The translations under genes and the position numbers were made by a program. DNA of 63,766 nt, filler included, from Sphacelaria rigidula (taxonomy: Eukaryota): assembly GCA_964200075.2 (NCBI GenBank). It is 8 parts of 8 records of this genome, joined end to end, with 100 filler letters (N's around TTAATTAATTAA, not from the genome) between each part and the next. Parts side by side here need not be neighbours in the genome. Positions count along the whole stretch, not along the records: positions 31,937 to 39,819 come from CAXNAA020013106.1; positions 39,920 to 47,802 come from CAXNAA020013107.1; positions 47,903 to 55,784 come from CAXNAA020013108.1; 5 more parts are not named here. One strand, 5' to 3'. The stretch's first letter is position 1; every line of letters begins with the position of its first letter. This document shows, in pieces, positions 37,188-49,656 of this stretch. Under the pieces are notes generated by a model, which had not been told where the DNA came from, ran no database searches, and worked only from the letters and a program-made list of their open reading frames with translations.

Positions 37188-38553
37188 AAGACAAAAGGGG
37201 GTACATCACCACCTGTTTCAGCCCAAAAGCGGGTACAGGTATACATGCAACTTGGAGGTGTCCTTGCTAGGCCCAAACCACCCAAAAATGAATCCCGACT
37301 CGACGCAAAGGCAAGGCGCCCATAGCCCATGCAGAGTATGTACACCAACTTTCGCGGGAAAATGAGCGCGATTCAGGACCGAACAGCACCGCGGGATACA
37401 AGGACCTCGCAGAGTACCTCATTGTATGCGACAATGGAGTAGGTATACCCATCAAAAACTACGAAGTTTTTTCATGTCACCTGTTTTATCTTCTGCTGTC
37501 CGCTGCAACGTCCCAAAAAGTGTACCCCCACATGACCACTAGCGGCCCTCCACAGCCGCCGTCCAACCAACCGTACGGGACAGAATCGAATAACCGAAGA
37601 GCATCTACATCGCTTCTTTTAACCTCTTTCCACGATCTGGAGACTTGAGACCCCGCCGTCGGTAGTTTCCAACCCCGAACACACGAGACCCCTGCCAAGT
37701 GATTGATACACTGCACGACCGTTGGGCGCGCCCAAACGCCACATCAAGTTGCGAAATACGGAAAAAAAACAAGGCTGGGTTCTGTAAGGTACGGGTACGT
37801 TCTGTAGGGTATGATATTCCTTACAAAACTTACAGAACTGTCGGGTACCGGTATGAAAGTCTTACAGAAGTCGCAGAACTGTCGGGTACGGTAAATACCC
37901 GGCAAAATACCCCGGGTGCACAGAAAACCGTACCCTACAGAGTACAACCTTGGAACAAAGTGTTGTGCCGTTTACGTTGTGTTTCGTATTTCGCAACGTG
38001 CTGTGGCGTTTGCGCGCGCCCAACGGTCGTGCAGTGTGTCAATCCCTTGGCAGAGATCTCATTTGTTCGGGTTTGGAAATTACCGACTGTGGGGTCTTAA
38101 GTCTCCAGGTCGTGTAAAGAGGCAGAAAAGAAGCGTCGTGGATGCTCTTCGGCCATTCGATTTTGTCCCGCACGGACGGTTGGACGGCGGCTGTGAAAGG
38201 TCAATAGTGGTCAGATGGGGGTACACCTTTTTGGGACCTTGCAGCGGACAGCAGAAGACAAAATAGGGGACATGAAGAACTTTGTAGTTTTTTATAGGTA
38301 TACCTACCCCCACTGTCGCACACAAAAGGTACTCTGCGAGGCCCTTGTATCCCGCGGTGCTGTTCGGTCTTGAATCGCTCTCGTTTTCCCGCGAAAGTTG
38401 GTGTACATGCTCTGCATGGGCTATGGGCGCCTTGCATGTGCGTCGGGATTGACTTTTGGGTGGTATGGGCCTGGCAAGGACAGCTCCAACTTGCATGTAT
38501 ACCTGTACCTGCCTTTGGGCTGAAACAGGTGGTGTTGTACCCCATCTTGTCTT
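37188..38553. mobile_element. Foldback element with ~570-bp inverted arms
   Basis: 37188-37760 is a diverged reverse complement of 37985-38553 along its whole length. Confidence 0.9.
37770..37952. mobile_element. hAT-like MITE (CAAGG termini, GTAC repeats) in the foldback loop
   Basis: CAAGGCTGGGTTCTGTAAGGTACGG/CCGTACCCTACAGAGTACAACCTTG. Confidence 0.75.
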
Positions 38554-39819
38554 TTGCCCAAAGAAAGAGCCCCGGGTCCTGAACAGTTTGTTTTCATCAC
38601 AGGCTTGTTCCTGGTGAACACGTCACACGCACTCATTCGCAAGACCTTACGCCAGTTCTAGAAGTGAGACTCTGAAAAATTGCCCACATGTACTTTCGGT
38701 CAGTACGAAATTTTTGATCAGCGTTTTATTTTCTTGCTTTTCCAACGGTTATTAGAGAGTCTCGGAAACACAAATCAGAGCTCAGGGATAAGGAAATACG
38801 CAGGGATTATTGTAGAAAGTTGGGATTTAAGGCCAGGATATGACGAATTCCCCTAGGTAAACCCTGAAAACTGAACCCTGAGAAAAGACATGCGCAGCGA
38901 CTCGGGATTAATTTTCAATTAAAAAAAAAAAACTGAGTCGCTAGACACCCCAAAGCGTTGGCCCCAAACTCAGGGCTATGAAACGGAACTAGACACCCTG
39001 CCCCATAACGACCAAGGTTACAGAACACAGCCGTAGGGCGAATATCATAAGTGAGGCGGTGGCGGATGTCGTGAACGCCCGCGACAGCACTGGTGATGGC
39101 AGCTCGTTCACAAGGGTGACCCAAAGCTACGAGGAACACTTGGAAGCGAACGGGGGAGCCGAGACACCAGTCGTCCTGGCTTATGATCACGCGAAAGGGC
39201 GGGAGTCGGCCGCTCAAGCAGCTGCTATGAGGACTTGACGAAATGGCAACCCAACGTGAAGCTTACGTTAGCTCGCGCAGTTACACCCCCGTTAGGTGAC
39301 CATTTTGTCGAGATCCCCGTAGCGGCTGCATAGGTGGCCCACTTCAGCCCTTCCACGTCATATTTAGCCCGGTTGACAGGTGCCTCTGTTCCCCCTCTCG
39401 CCTTCACGCAGCTAGGATTACTGCTTGTGGTGAACCTTTATCGAGGACTACTGTAATTTCTCAAAGTATGCAAACGGACACACATGGGCATGTGCACACT
39501 TGTACTACAGACAACAGTAGTACAGTACTACAGACAGTCTGAGTGGTACAGTACAAAACACTTCCTACCGAAAGTATACAAAACTGTCTACAGACAGTGC
39601 AACAGTACAGTAGTAGTATAACCCTCAACTTTCTCAACTCAATGGCGCTGTACCAGACACCGACATGTGCAGCACTTGTGAATGACTAGCGAGCGCCGAG
39701 GTGCACTGCCTGTGTGCCCAACGCTGTCTACTGTGCCGGGTTGGTATCCGGAGGCTGTGTTTACGATACTGTGTGTGAGTTGTCGTCCCATCTATTCTGG
39801 ACGCCGGTCTACACCTTTC

Positions 39820-39919
39820 NNNNNNNNNNNNNNNNNNNNNNNNNNNNNNNNNNNNNNNNNNNNTTAATTAATTAANNNNNNNNNNNNNNNNNNNNNNNNN
39901 NNNNNNNNNNNNNNNNNNN
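39820..39919. other. Artificial scaffold linker 5
   Basis: Same 100-bp linker. Confidence 0.98.
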
Positions 39920-40294
39920 GTGAACCCCCCCGATGAGGGGTATCGTTATGTCATGCAGTTCTTGTCTTGATACACCTGGTATGCTTGTACGTATGGCTGT
40001 CCCTCGAGAGGCTGGAAGATGGAACGCTGCGATTCTTAGTTCTTTGGTTCTTTGGTTGGCGGTATTTGGGGCCTTGAGTCTCGCCCGTAGTCGGACCCTG
40101 TGTTCATTTCTACTTGTCGCGCGTCGAGTTGAAAAAACCCGAGTGCCACCCCCTGAAGTCCGAATGGCCACCTGCGACACCGGATCTTCTGAGGTTAGCC
40201 ATACATACTCCCTTTCTTCAGTATTATTTATTCCTGTTTTGCTTGTATCGCGTTTTGTTAGTTTTAATCTGGGTCTATATATATATATGTTTTG

Positions 40295-40398
40295 CTAGCC
40301 TGTGACCACGGAAGGCGTCCGCATCAGATGCCCAGTACGAATGTGCCGCGAAGATATCGGAATAGTTTTTAATATGAAGACAACAACAACGACAACAA
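40295..40398 (+). repeat. Retroposon 3' end with (CAA)n tail
   Basis: TAGCCTGTGACCACGGA...GCATCAGATGCCCAGTAC...GATATCGGA...GAAGACAACAACAAC. A second copy lies at ~56909-57004. Confidence 0.7.
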
Positions 40399-40485
40399 CT
40401 GCTGCCCCCAATTACACACCTACATGCTTCTACTGCTCCTTCGACCACCCACTGAACACGCACCCGGAATGCTACCGTACGGCAG

Positions 40486-43400
40486 ACGAATTCGGAGGTG
40501 GGATCGTCTCAGACGCCGGTTACGCCCCGGGTCACCTGAGTCTCAGCGCGTGCGAGCTGTCGTACAACCGGGCAATGGTGGGACCTGCGATCAATATGTA
40601 CATCCCTTCGGAGGACGCCAAAGAGTCTGTCCAGGTCTATGACGTGACGTTCACAGGCAACGAGCTTCTGTGTGGGCCCACAGAATTCCTCGCGAAGGAG
40701 TCCAATGTGAGCTGGAAGTACGTCGTCGCTCCATTCGCATCATTAAAACATGTTCACCACATAGTGTGGCTTGCAGAATGCAACGTGTTCGGTAAAAGGC
40801 ACTAGCGGAAAATATCTGTATTTCAAGTGGTGGTGGCTGATCGATATCTTACGCGCTCCAAATACCACATGAACGATGCGTACTCGACCACTACCGCGGG
40901 AACCACCGCGTGTAACTTGTAACGTCAGCTGTCCAGGTTGACGGCAGGCTAACAACGCACCGTGTTGTTTTATGTGAAAATGCACAGAATCACATATTAT
41001 GTTGCCTTGTGTCCATCTACTGGCCACCCGACCGCTACAGGCAACAATCTCGGAGTCACACTTGGTGTACAAGACCGCGTGCAATTCCTGTGCTGATATT
41101 AGCTTGTGCGATAAGTGCATGGTCAGTGACTCCGACACCATATCTCTGTGCGAGCCTCTCCTGAATTACACCGCCAGTCCGGACGCAAACGGCACCCTAG
41201 CGTCGCTGAGCTTGAAGGAAAGGTACTGGCGAGCATCTAACGTCAGCCGGAAGATTCTGCACTGTTATCATGAGGAGGCGTGTCCGGGTGGCGTGGCGGA
41301 GTCGTGCGGAGGGGTCTTTTGCGAAAGGGGCTATTGCGCCACGGGTTACACGGGACCATGTGAGTGAAGAGTAGCGCGAAATCGGGAGATCATGGTGGCT
41401 ATTCGGGGAGAAGGGTTTTGGCAGGAGCTATCACCGGCAGGTAAAACTCGATTTCGGTATGTGGCCCCACTCACCTCAGAGTGAGTGGTGATGGTCGTGA
41501 TGGTTGGACAAGAAGTATCTACTTCATAGTAGCGACAGTAGATTTACCACCGCCGCCTCTGCCGCCAGCAACAACAGTAACAACAGCAGTAGGTGTAATG
41601 CGTGGGAGGACCGCGTGCGTAGGGGACCACATCGGAGTTCAGATACCCCTATGGTTAGGGTTAGGGTTAGGGTTAGGGTTAGGGTTGAGGGTAGAGTTAG
41701 GGTCAGGGGCGCGATCCCTGTGGGGACTGGCCCAAGCAATCTTGCAAAACGTCGATCCTGAGATCTTTCAATTTCGATGCGGTCCAAACAGCGCGCGTTC
41801 CTCCAACGCATTACGATGGTTCCACTTGACAATGCACTCATGGTGCTGGTTCTCTTGCGATTGCCCTATGCGTTATAGGTGTATGCGTTCTCCTGTTCTT
41901 GCCACTCCCGGTAAACGGTGTGCCTCGACAACAGCTGTTGATGACGGGTATGTCAAGTGACTTCACGTGCTGTAGCGGGTACGGAAAAAGGTACAGTATT
42001 TGCTCAATTGCTCAGTTTATTCCCCATCTTCTACCTATTACCTATCCGCCGTCTAGATTGCTCGGTGTGTGAAAAGGGCTACACCCGGGGGCAAGGATAC
42101 ACATGCACCAAGTGTAGCGGGGGCTCGGCGCGCACAACAGAAGCCTTGGGGATCACTGCCCTGCTGATTCTGGTTGTCACGCTCACCTGCACGTGGCAGT
42201 ACCTAACCTCGCTGGCGAGACCGACCGCTGAAAGAAGAAAGTTGGGTTGGCGGGGGTGTATGTGGCACCTTTACAAGGCCATCCCTTTCGGAGCCATCAG
42301 GATCGCCATCGTCACGTGGCAGATCATCGCTGAGGTAGCATTGCTTCAGTTGCACGGGCCATCCGTGGATATTCTTGCGTGCTAAAGAGCTGGCATAACT
42401 TGACCGAACGTACGGAATAGCAAGATAAGATTCAGTCTTGGAATGAATCTCAGTCCCACAACAGTACCCACCCTACTTAGGCCTGAAACTGGTTTTGCTC
42501 GAAGACGTTCGTGTCGGACTAATCCCCCCCGATCGCGTTGGAACTATTTCAGCTTCCTTTTGTTTACTACTCTGTAGTCCATAGCGCCAAGCGAATGCGT
42601 TCTTTTGCCCTGATCGTTGCGTGACAAAATAAACCGCATAATGACGCTTACGCTCAGCGCTGTCATGGAGTTGGTGAAAGATTCTTGAAGAGTGTTCACG
42701 TGATCGGGGGCCTTAGGCCGACAAACATGTCTTGGGTGAAAAAATGTTTCACGGTAGGGAAACACTGTTTCGAAGTTGAAACTCATTTCAACATTGAAGT
42801 TATTTGCGCAATTTTCTATGTTACTACACGGAAAATGTTAGATTCTATTTTTTCGCTGAAACGTATGTCACCGAAGGTCTGTTGACGGCGTTCGTCTGAG
42901 AAGGTTACTCGCTTGAAAGACACTCCGCTGAACAAACAATGAACGTTTTTGTACTCCCCGTCCGATTTAGCCGCCCTTCCCTCGCCTGACCCCGGCTCTT
43001 CGAACGCATGTAAAAGTTCTCCTCAGTTGCGAACGTGGAGTTCCCGCCGTACTTCGAGATCTTCCTCAGCGTGGTGAGAGTCTTTAATCTCGACCTGACG
43101 CGGATGGTTTCCTTGGGATGCTACTTCGAGACTGTGAGCTTTTACCACAGACTGCTGATCATCACAATCGTGCCCCTGTTATTGGCCCTGCTGCTGCTGG
43201 TGACGTACTGGTTTGCGCGGAGTCGATACTGGGGCGACACACAGAGCATGATGGAGGTGATACGGATCGACACGCAGACCCACGCCGCTACCGCGTGCAC
43301 AGCATACGTCCACTCATACTTCTCGTTTCCTATCCTTCATGATGTCTAGATAGCTATACCTTGTGCAGCGAGGGAACGTTCGCAACACACTTTTGGCCTG

Positions 43401-44549
43401 CTTCACTGGTCGCTTGCGGTGAGAAAAAATGCTTCTGTGTGCTGGCATCACACGCGGACTGGCTAGCTGCACTTGACGCGATGTATTCCCCTACGATTAC
43501 CATAACGCCCTCCCGTTCGCTACAACTCCTTCGCTCCTACCCTTTCTCTCCGGATGGCGCTCAACGCACCGATTTGTTTTTCTTCTCCTCAGATTCAACG
43601 GAGGCATTGGTCAGTTTTCATACTCATTACACTCCTCGTCTACTCGTCGGCATCGTCCACTGTTTTCCAGACCTTCGCATGTGACCCCGTTGATGACGGT
43701 TGGTACTACCTGCGGGCCGACTATCGTTTGCGGTGCCGCAGCAATACCGGCACTGACCACGATGATGTCAGCATCATAGTCCCGTTGCACCGGGTGTACA
43801 TGATTTACGCCGGGCTGATGATCGTAGTGTACCCCATTGGCATTCCCATCCTGTACGGGCTTCTGCTGTGGCGGGCTTGGCGGCGATCCCCCCGCCGGGG
43901 AGGGGCTTTTTCGATGCATGATAGCAGAATAACGCCCTGTCGCCGACGACCAGAAGTCAAGGATCGGACCGACCAGTGCGTGCAGAGAAATGGACCCTCG
44001 TGGATATGCCTGGAAGGAGAGCGTCCGCTAAAGCGAGCTCGGGCTGCATCGGTACACCCAATGCCGAATAGACACGGCGACACCGACGAAACCAGCCACC
44101 CTCGCGCGTACCACAAGTCATTGGTGCGGGACCTGTGGAAGCCCTACAGGCAGGATCGGCTGTTTTACGAGGTGGTAGAGTGCACGCGCCGTGTGATGCT
44201 CACCGGGGTCGTCGTGTATATCTATCCGGATAGCGCGGCACAGATTAGCACGACGCTTCTGCTGGCGCTGGTCTTTTTCGCGCTGTCTGAGGCCCTCGAC
44301 CCTTACAAGGATCTGCAGGACTGCTGGGTGTCTAGATTCGGGCACCTGATTGTCCTGCTGAGCATGTTCGTCGCTTTAATGTTGAAATTAGACCTGAGCG
44401 AGGATTCTGAGATTGAGAAGCAGGTGTATGACGCGGTTCTCATCGTTGCTACTGCATTGATGATGGTGGCTACTGTCAGCGAGTCTGTATTTCCCTTGTA
44501 TTCTCCCGCCATACCTTCAGTGGGCGGTCAGAGTGACTCTGACGACTAG
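40486..44549 (+). CDS. Receptor-like multi-pass membrane protein (beta-helix/polymorphic-membrane-protein-like ectodomain end, Cys-rich region, multiple TM helices); 5' partial
   Basis: In-phase exons 40486-40706, 41041-41359, 42057-42334, 43017-43256 and 43593-44549 (TAG). Motifs: FGGGI, YWRAS...C...ACPGG...CATGYTGPYCSVCEKGY, IVTWQII, V.FP..F..FL, LLVYSSASSTVFQTFACD, YLRADY...C, VYPIGIP.LY, LWKPY....FYEVVECTRR, PY. Confidence 0.88.
41595..41814. mobile_element. MITE containing telomeric (TTAGGG)n, intronic
   Basis: TIR GTAATGCGTGGGAGGACCGCG/CGCGTTCCTCCAACGCATTAC. Five tandem TTAGGG plus degenerate units. Second family copy at 57290-57450. Confidence 0.85.
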
Positions 44550-44883
44550 GTATTCATACCTCCACCCCTTTCTGTGGTGGGTAGTAGTCCACGTTTCTTG
44601 AGTCGGACGGAATATCTTGTTCGTATGTATCGGAGGGGAATGCTCTGTTTATGAACATACATACATACGGTGTTGGTGATCTCAGAGGTGTTTTGGGTAA
44701 GGTAGATACCCGGGTATTTACCCTCCCCAATAATGTGCTGCAATGGTCTGATCTCCACACTCTACCCGAGTATCGCATAGAGTTACGCGCGATCGCAATA
44801 CTCTACCGAATATCTAGGTGTTGTTGTGTGTGATCTCAATACTCTACCAATTTGGGTACTTAGAGTACGGTATTTCTGAATGA

Positions 44884-45302
44884 CAGTGGATTATCGAAAA
44901 TGGGGTGAAAACGAAAATTAGGTTCAACTCAAAAACCGTGCTTTCCCTGACCCGACTTCATGACAAATGACTCTCATATGGACGACCTCATCCCTCCCGA
45001 CCTGCCTAAAACTATTTCGAGGGATTTCTAGCCTTCAGTTGCCCCAGAAGATATGTGCAAAAGCACGATTTGTTGGCCAAAAAACGTCCTTTTTTTACCC
45101 CGGAATCGAGGTGAAAGTGTGGTTTCGCACATATCCTTTGGGGGAACGGAAGGCTACAACCCCCCTGAAAACGTTTTAGGGAGGTCGGGAGGGATGAGAT
45201 CGTCCATATGAAAGTCCTTTGTCATGAATTTCAGTCAGGGAACGCACGGCTTTTGAGTTGAACCTCGTTTTGTTTTTCAACCCCATTTTCGAGAATCTAC
45301 TG
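44884..45302. mobile_element. Palindromic MITE (~190-bp arms, CAGTGG terminus)
   Basis: The left half is the reverse complement of the right half. Family copy at 59316-59711. Confidence 0.9.
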
Positions 45303-47491
45303 TTGAATACCCCATTGAAGAAAATGCCTTACTCAACACACCGTTGGTAGTTCAATGAAATCATGAACCATATGACCGTTTCGTTGTGTATCTTTTGTGG
45401 TAACGTAGTACTTCTCTTCGGGTGACGTACTAAGCACGATTTTCGGTACAAGATGTGTTGCCATGATTTGTCACAGTAACGTACTGTAGCGGGGCGACAA
45501 GGCCACGTAGATTGCAGTAGATCTAGCGTAAGAGTTGGCTCGAGTACCGCGTCAGCAGCAGTTGAATCAGATGATAAAGCTTCGTTTGACGCATATTTGC
45601 AAGAATTTGTTTGTTACGGAAAGTGATCGGACCTTTAGTTTGATCTCGATCGCCTGTTGCTGTGACTCTTCCAGCTTTGCTTCACCTCTCTACTTCAAGA
45701 AGGGACTGTGTGTTTTCTCTCCCTTTGACTAAATAAGCGCCCGTGAAAAACATTTAACTTTCTGTCTTCTCGCTGGACGTCGCAAGTGAGATTCACGGCC
45801 CCGGCGCAACCGGTTCCACTCTGTCTAGTGATACAGCGCCACACAATTATAAACTTCCACCATGTTCCTGAAATATTTTGAGCGCTTTTCCTGTGCACGC
45901 TTCCGACCGTTGTCATAAGCACGACCGCTTATCCCAGTGGAGCTTTTTCTGTTGAACAACATCCTCGTGTTTTAATCGATCAATTCATAAATTGCTTGTG
46001 TGTGCTTGTCTGCACCTGGGTGTGTCAATGTTTGTGTATCTCAGTTGCCATCGAAACGTGCAGCAAAAAATGGTATCACGGCATGTTTGTATTGATTATA
46101 TTTGGTTGATTGTTTTGACTTCACTGTCGCATATTGACGGATCCTCGAGGGATCCAGCCGTGCCAACATCGTAGACGTGCCGGAGATAAAGAAACAAAAA
46201 ACAACGAAATGGCCGACCTCTGCAACATGGACCCAGGCGCAGAAGATAGGGCGCTGAAGCATGTGCCCTAAGATCTAACCGAAACAACTGTAAACCGTCA
46301 AAACAGATTGCGGTTCATCTATTTCAGCAATGCTATTTTGGGTGTAACATCTCACCCACAAACCCTGCTGCTCACCGAAATGCGAGTTGCAAACATCGGG
46401 GAGGAAAACATCACACCCTGGACAATAGATCACATCGTTTTAAAATTAAATACGTACAGTGTCGACTATTGCGCCTATTGCAATAGACAATAGATCCCAT
46501 ACTGTACTCAGTACAATTTTTGACAATGTAATACTTTGTTCAGGGTGTGAACAAAACACATACAGGATAAAGAGGGAAGATGATTGGGAGAGAAAGAATA
46601 AAAGAGGACGAGATCGAGGAAGTGAAAATACTCGAGGACACAATGCGGTAGGACAGGTACAAACGCGTGACCAGCGTTGACAATGAACGCAACCCTTCAT
46701 ATTGTAATGAGGTTACGGTACTGTATATGGCAAGCACAGGCTCACTAGGCAAGGCAAGGGGGGCAGTCCTCAGACTGAACGGCCAAGCAAGATGATGGGC
46801 ACCGTCTCACACAGACGTGTCCTGGAAATAGCAGAATCTCACGCGCAGGCTATATCTCTTCTGTATGGCTTGGTATCGACCTTCCAGTACCCAATCAACC
46901 AATCCAATTTCACGCTCAGTCAATCAGTCTCACCGGTGTTGAACTTCTTTGCTGGAAGTGGGGTGCAGATGGCAGCGCTTGGTAGTGCGATGGGTGGGAC
47001 TCGATTTGTACGAGAGCAAATCGAACCGTCCCCGTCTCCATCATATACAAGTTCACACGTGTACCTAACCAACTTTGAACAGACCTGCAGTCTTAGAAAT
47101 ACCCGGAGGTGAAAATCTAAAACCGGACTCATCAATAGGTCTGAGGCGGCATGATAACAGGCTAATATGCGTCCTCATGACACTAACCCACCCAGACGAA
47201 CCTTTACTACAGCTGCGAGAATTTATCCTCAAAGCAGCGAAAACTTAGTTTTTCTTTACTGGTACAGTCATGACGAGCGGCTGAAAAGGCATACCTAAGG
47301 AAAAACTTCCGTACCCAACACTCCCGTACCCACTCCCACATCTCAAAAGAAGGAAAGCATATCCTGCTTCGAGGACCAGAAAAACTGCTTCAAAACGCGT
47401 AAGCACACACGGCCTTTCTACGTGCTAGTGATCAACGAAGAAGCACAAATTGCTTCGGCGCCCTAGCAAAACGAAGGGGGAAAACAGGGAG

Positions 47492-47572
47492 GTACAGCAG
47501 GGAGCAGAGCTTAGACCTGGGGGAATCCAAAGGTACAACAGGGAGAAGAGCTTAGACCTGGGGGAATCCAAA
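47492..47572 (+). repeat. 41-bp tandem duplication
   Basis: CAGGGAG(C/A)AGAGCTTAGACCTGGGGGAATCCAAAG present twice. Confidence 0.9.
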
Positions 47573-47734
47573 GAGAAGAAACGGCAAGATCAGTATGCGA
47601 CCAACGCATGTTGGTCCGAAGCAAATTCTGAAAATCGGCGATCCAACGAGATCGAGCGCCAGCCGGAAGGGGATAGCTCCAGTAGTCGTAGATGGTGGGT
47701 GGCTGCAGTAATTTTTCGATCGTCGTCCAATGTA

Positions 47735-47802
47735 AACAGCCGATTATCTATGTTGAGGATGGTGCTTTTGATTGAGGATGAGAACCCGGAGGATTAAAAT
47801 CT
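47735..47802 (+). mobile_element. MITE left end (58295-58733 family) cut by the scaffold end
   Basis: AACAGCCGAT...TTGAGGATGG...GAGGATGAGAACCCGGAGGAT-AAAATCT. Confidence 0.8.
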
Positions 47803-47902
47803 NNNNNNNNNNNNNNNNNNNNNNNNNNNNNNNNNNNNNNNNNNNNTTAATTAATTAANNNNNNNNNNNNNNNNNNNNNNNNNNNNNNNNNNNNNNNNNN
47901 NN
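47803..47902. other. Artificial scaffold linker 6
   Basis: Same 100-bp linker. Confidence 0.98.
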
Positions 47903-48399
47903 ACTTTTTCTAAAAAGCTTTGGTCTTTTAAATGACGATATTACAAAAAATATCTAACAAAAATAGACCCAAAATACCCCCCCCCCCCTTTCGTAGGATA
48001 ACTCGGAGGTGGAAATCGTTGGCCTTCATGACGTACGTAAACGCGGGGAGCGAAGAAGCGAAGTTCGTATCGCAGGCACTCGCTGGGGAGTAGAGTACAA
48101 ACAAAGAAAAGAAATGAAAAGTGAAGTGAAGAAAAAGAGGGGAAGGAAAGAGGGAACAGATCGGGCTGCCCAATGGGCTAAGAACGACCAACCGCGAGGG
48201 CGGGCCAATATTAAGTACAGTAGTCTCGGATCAGCCCGATAGTTTCCCAACTGCGAGAACGCGTTTTTTGTCCCGCAGTTTTGTTTGTGTTAGGCCGGGT
48301 CTTAGGGCCTGTCTTAGCGCATGAGTGTTTGGGCCTTAGGCCGTGTCTTATCATTTTTTTTCCGACTCGAAAACATGCGGTCGAATCGAACCGGTCGTT

Positions 48400-48515
48400 G
48401 CGAGACCGAATCTGATACGTCCACAGCATTTATGTTCCTAGATGGCTTCAAGTCTATTTTATAATTAGTTGCGCGCGACGGGCAGGGTCAAAAACAGAAA
48501 ATCTTAGTTTTTTCG
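48400..48515 (+). repeat. Dispersed repeat family C
   Basis: GATACGTCC...TTATGTTCC...GCGCGACGGGCAGGGTCAAAA-CAGAAAA-CTTAG, also at ~61840-61950. Confidence 0.8.
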
Positions 48516-49656
48516 AGCCAGACGAGCGGCGGAATGAACGGAGCGGCACGTAACTCCCATGTTGCAGACAACCGTGCTAGATAAAACCCTTTCACAGAGG
48601 TACGCAAAACCCAAATGGTTAATTCGCAGCTATTAAATGCCTACTCAACCTTGCGGCACAGATCACGAACTGAGCGCAGGGATACACCCACTGCAGTGAA
48701 GCGAAACCAACATCACCACTGCTTTGGCATGATGTGTTCCTTTTTGTTCTCGAAAACTTAGGCATCTAATTTTGTGGCAGCGTCTACCGACGGTGTTGCG
48801 TGTTGGGGTGGGCGATCGAATTGCCAACGCGCTCATGAACAATCGAGGAGGTGCAAAACTGCACATCCATGGTACAAATCTGCTTCGTATCCTCTGTATG
48901 CAGAGAGTCAGAAAGCTGTGCTATCTGTCAAATCTGCTGTATGTCGCGTTGCCCGCTTCTTTTCCACATCGCGGCTGCATGCTGAGCGAAACACACGCAC
49001 TACCTACACAACACAGTAGTACAGGCCGCCACTGTTGTATAGTCTGTACCGTCTGTAGTGTATTATTCTTATTTCTTAAGTTTGTCCGCATTCCGAGTAC
49101 CTGGACGCAGCTGCTACAATCACGGGGCCTGACAGCGCAGCATTCCTCCGAAGTCCGACGCACCAGCGGCCAGTATATTTCGTTCATTCTCTCCCGTGTT
49201 TTTGGGGGGGAATTTGCCCTATATCTACACTTTCCCATTTCCGTTTGCGGAATCTGCCCGTTTCTCCGCGGAATTCACTCTGGGACCAGTGACTTCCCTA
49301 GCCATCATAATATCCACTCGGAATAAACGCAACCTGTTTTCGTGGCACTTTTCACATCTCTCTCCTCCTTGGAATTTAACGCGCGGAACCCCCAAAACCA
49401 GTGACGCGCCGAGCCATTTGATTTTTCCCCCATGAAAACCTAACGCACCTTATTTCCCCGGAACCAGTGACCTACTCTTCACCCGTCAATGCAATGGAAC
49501 TCCTATGTCTCTCCGGCACCAGTGACGTTCTCAGCCTTTCGACACAGTGGCTTTGGCGCTGGTCAGTTTTACCAGTCGATCTGAAATCTGTGAGTGTGGC
49601 TTCTTGGCTTTTGCGTAGTCGGATTGCCGTGGTCAGTGGAAGTGCCCGACGCCGGG

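Noticed and set aside
40302..40485. N-terminus of ORF 40302-40805 as coding
   Set aside because: It overlaps a retroposon tail also found at ~56909; coding likely starts at the acceptor at 40486.
41650..41705. True chromosome end
   Set aside because: The short array is internal to an intron and bracketed by TIRs.
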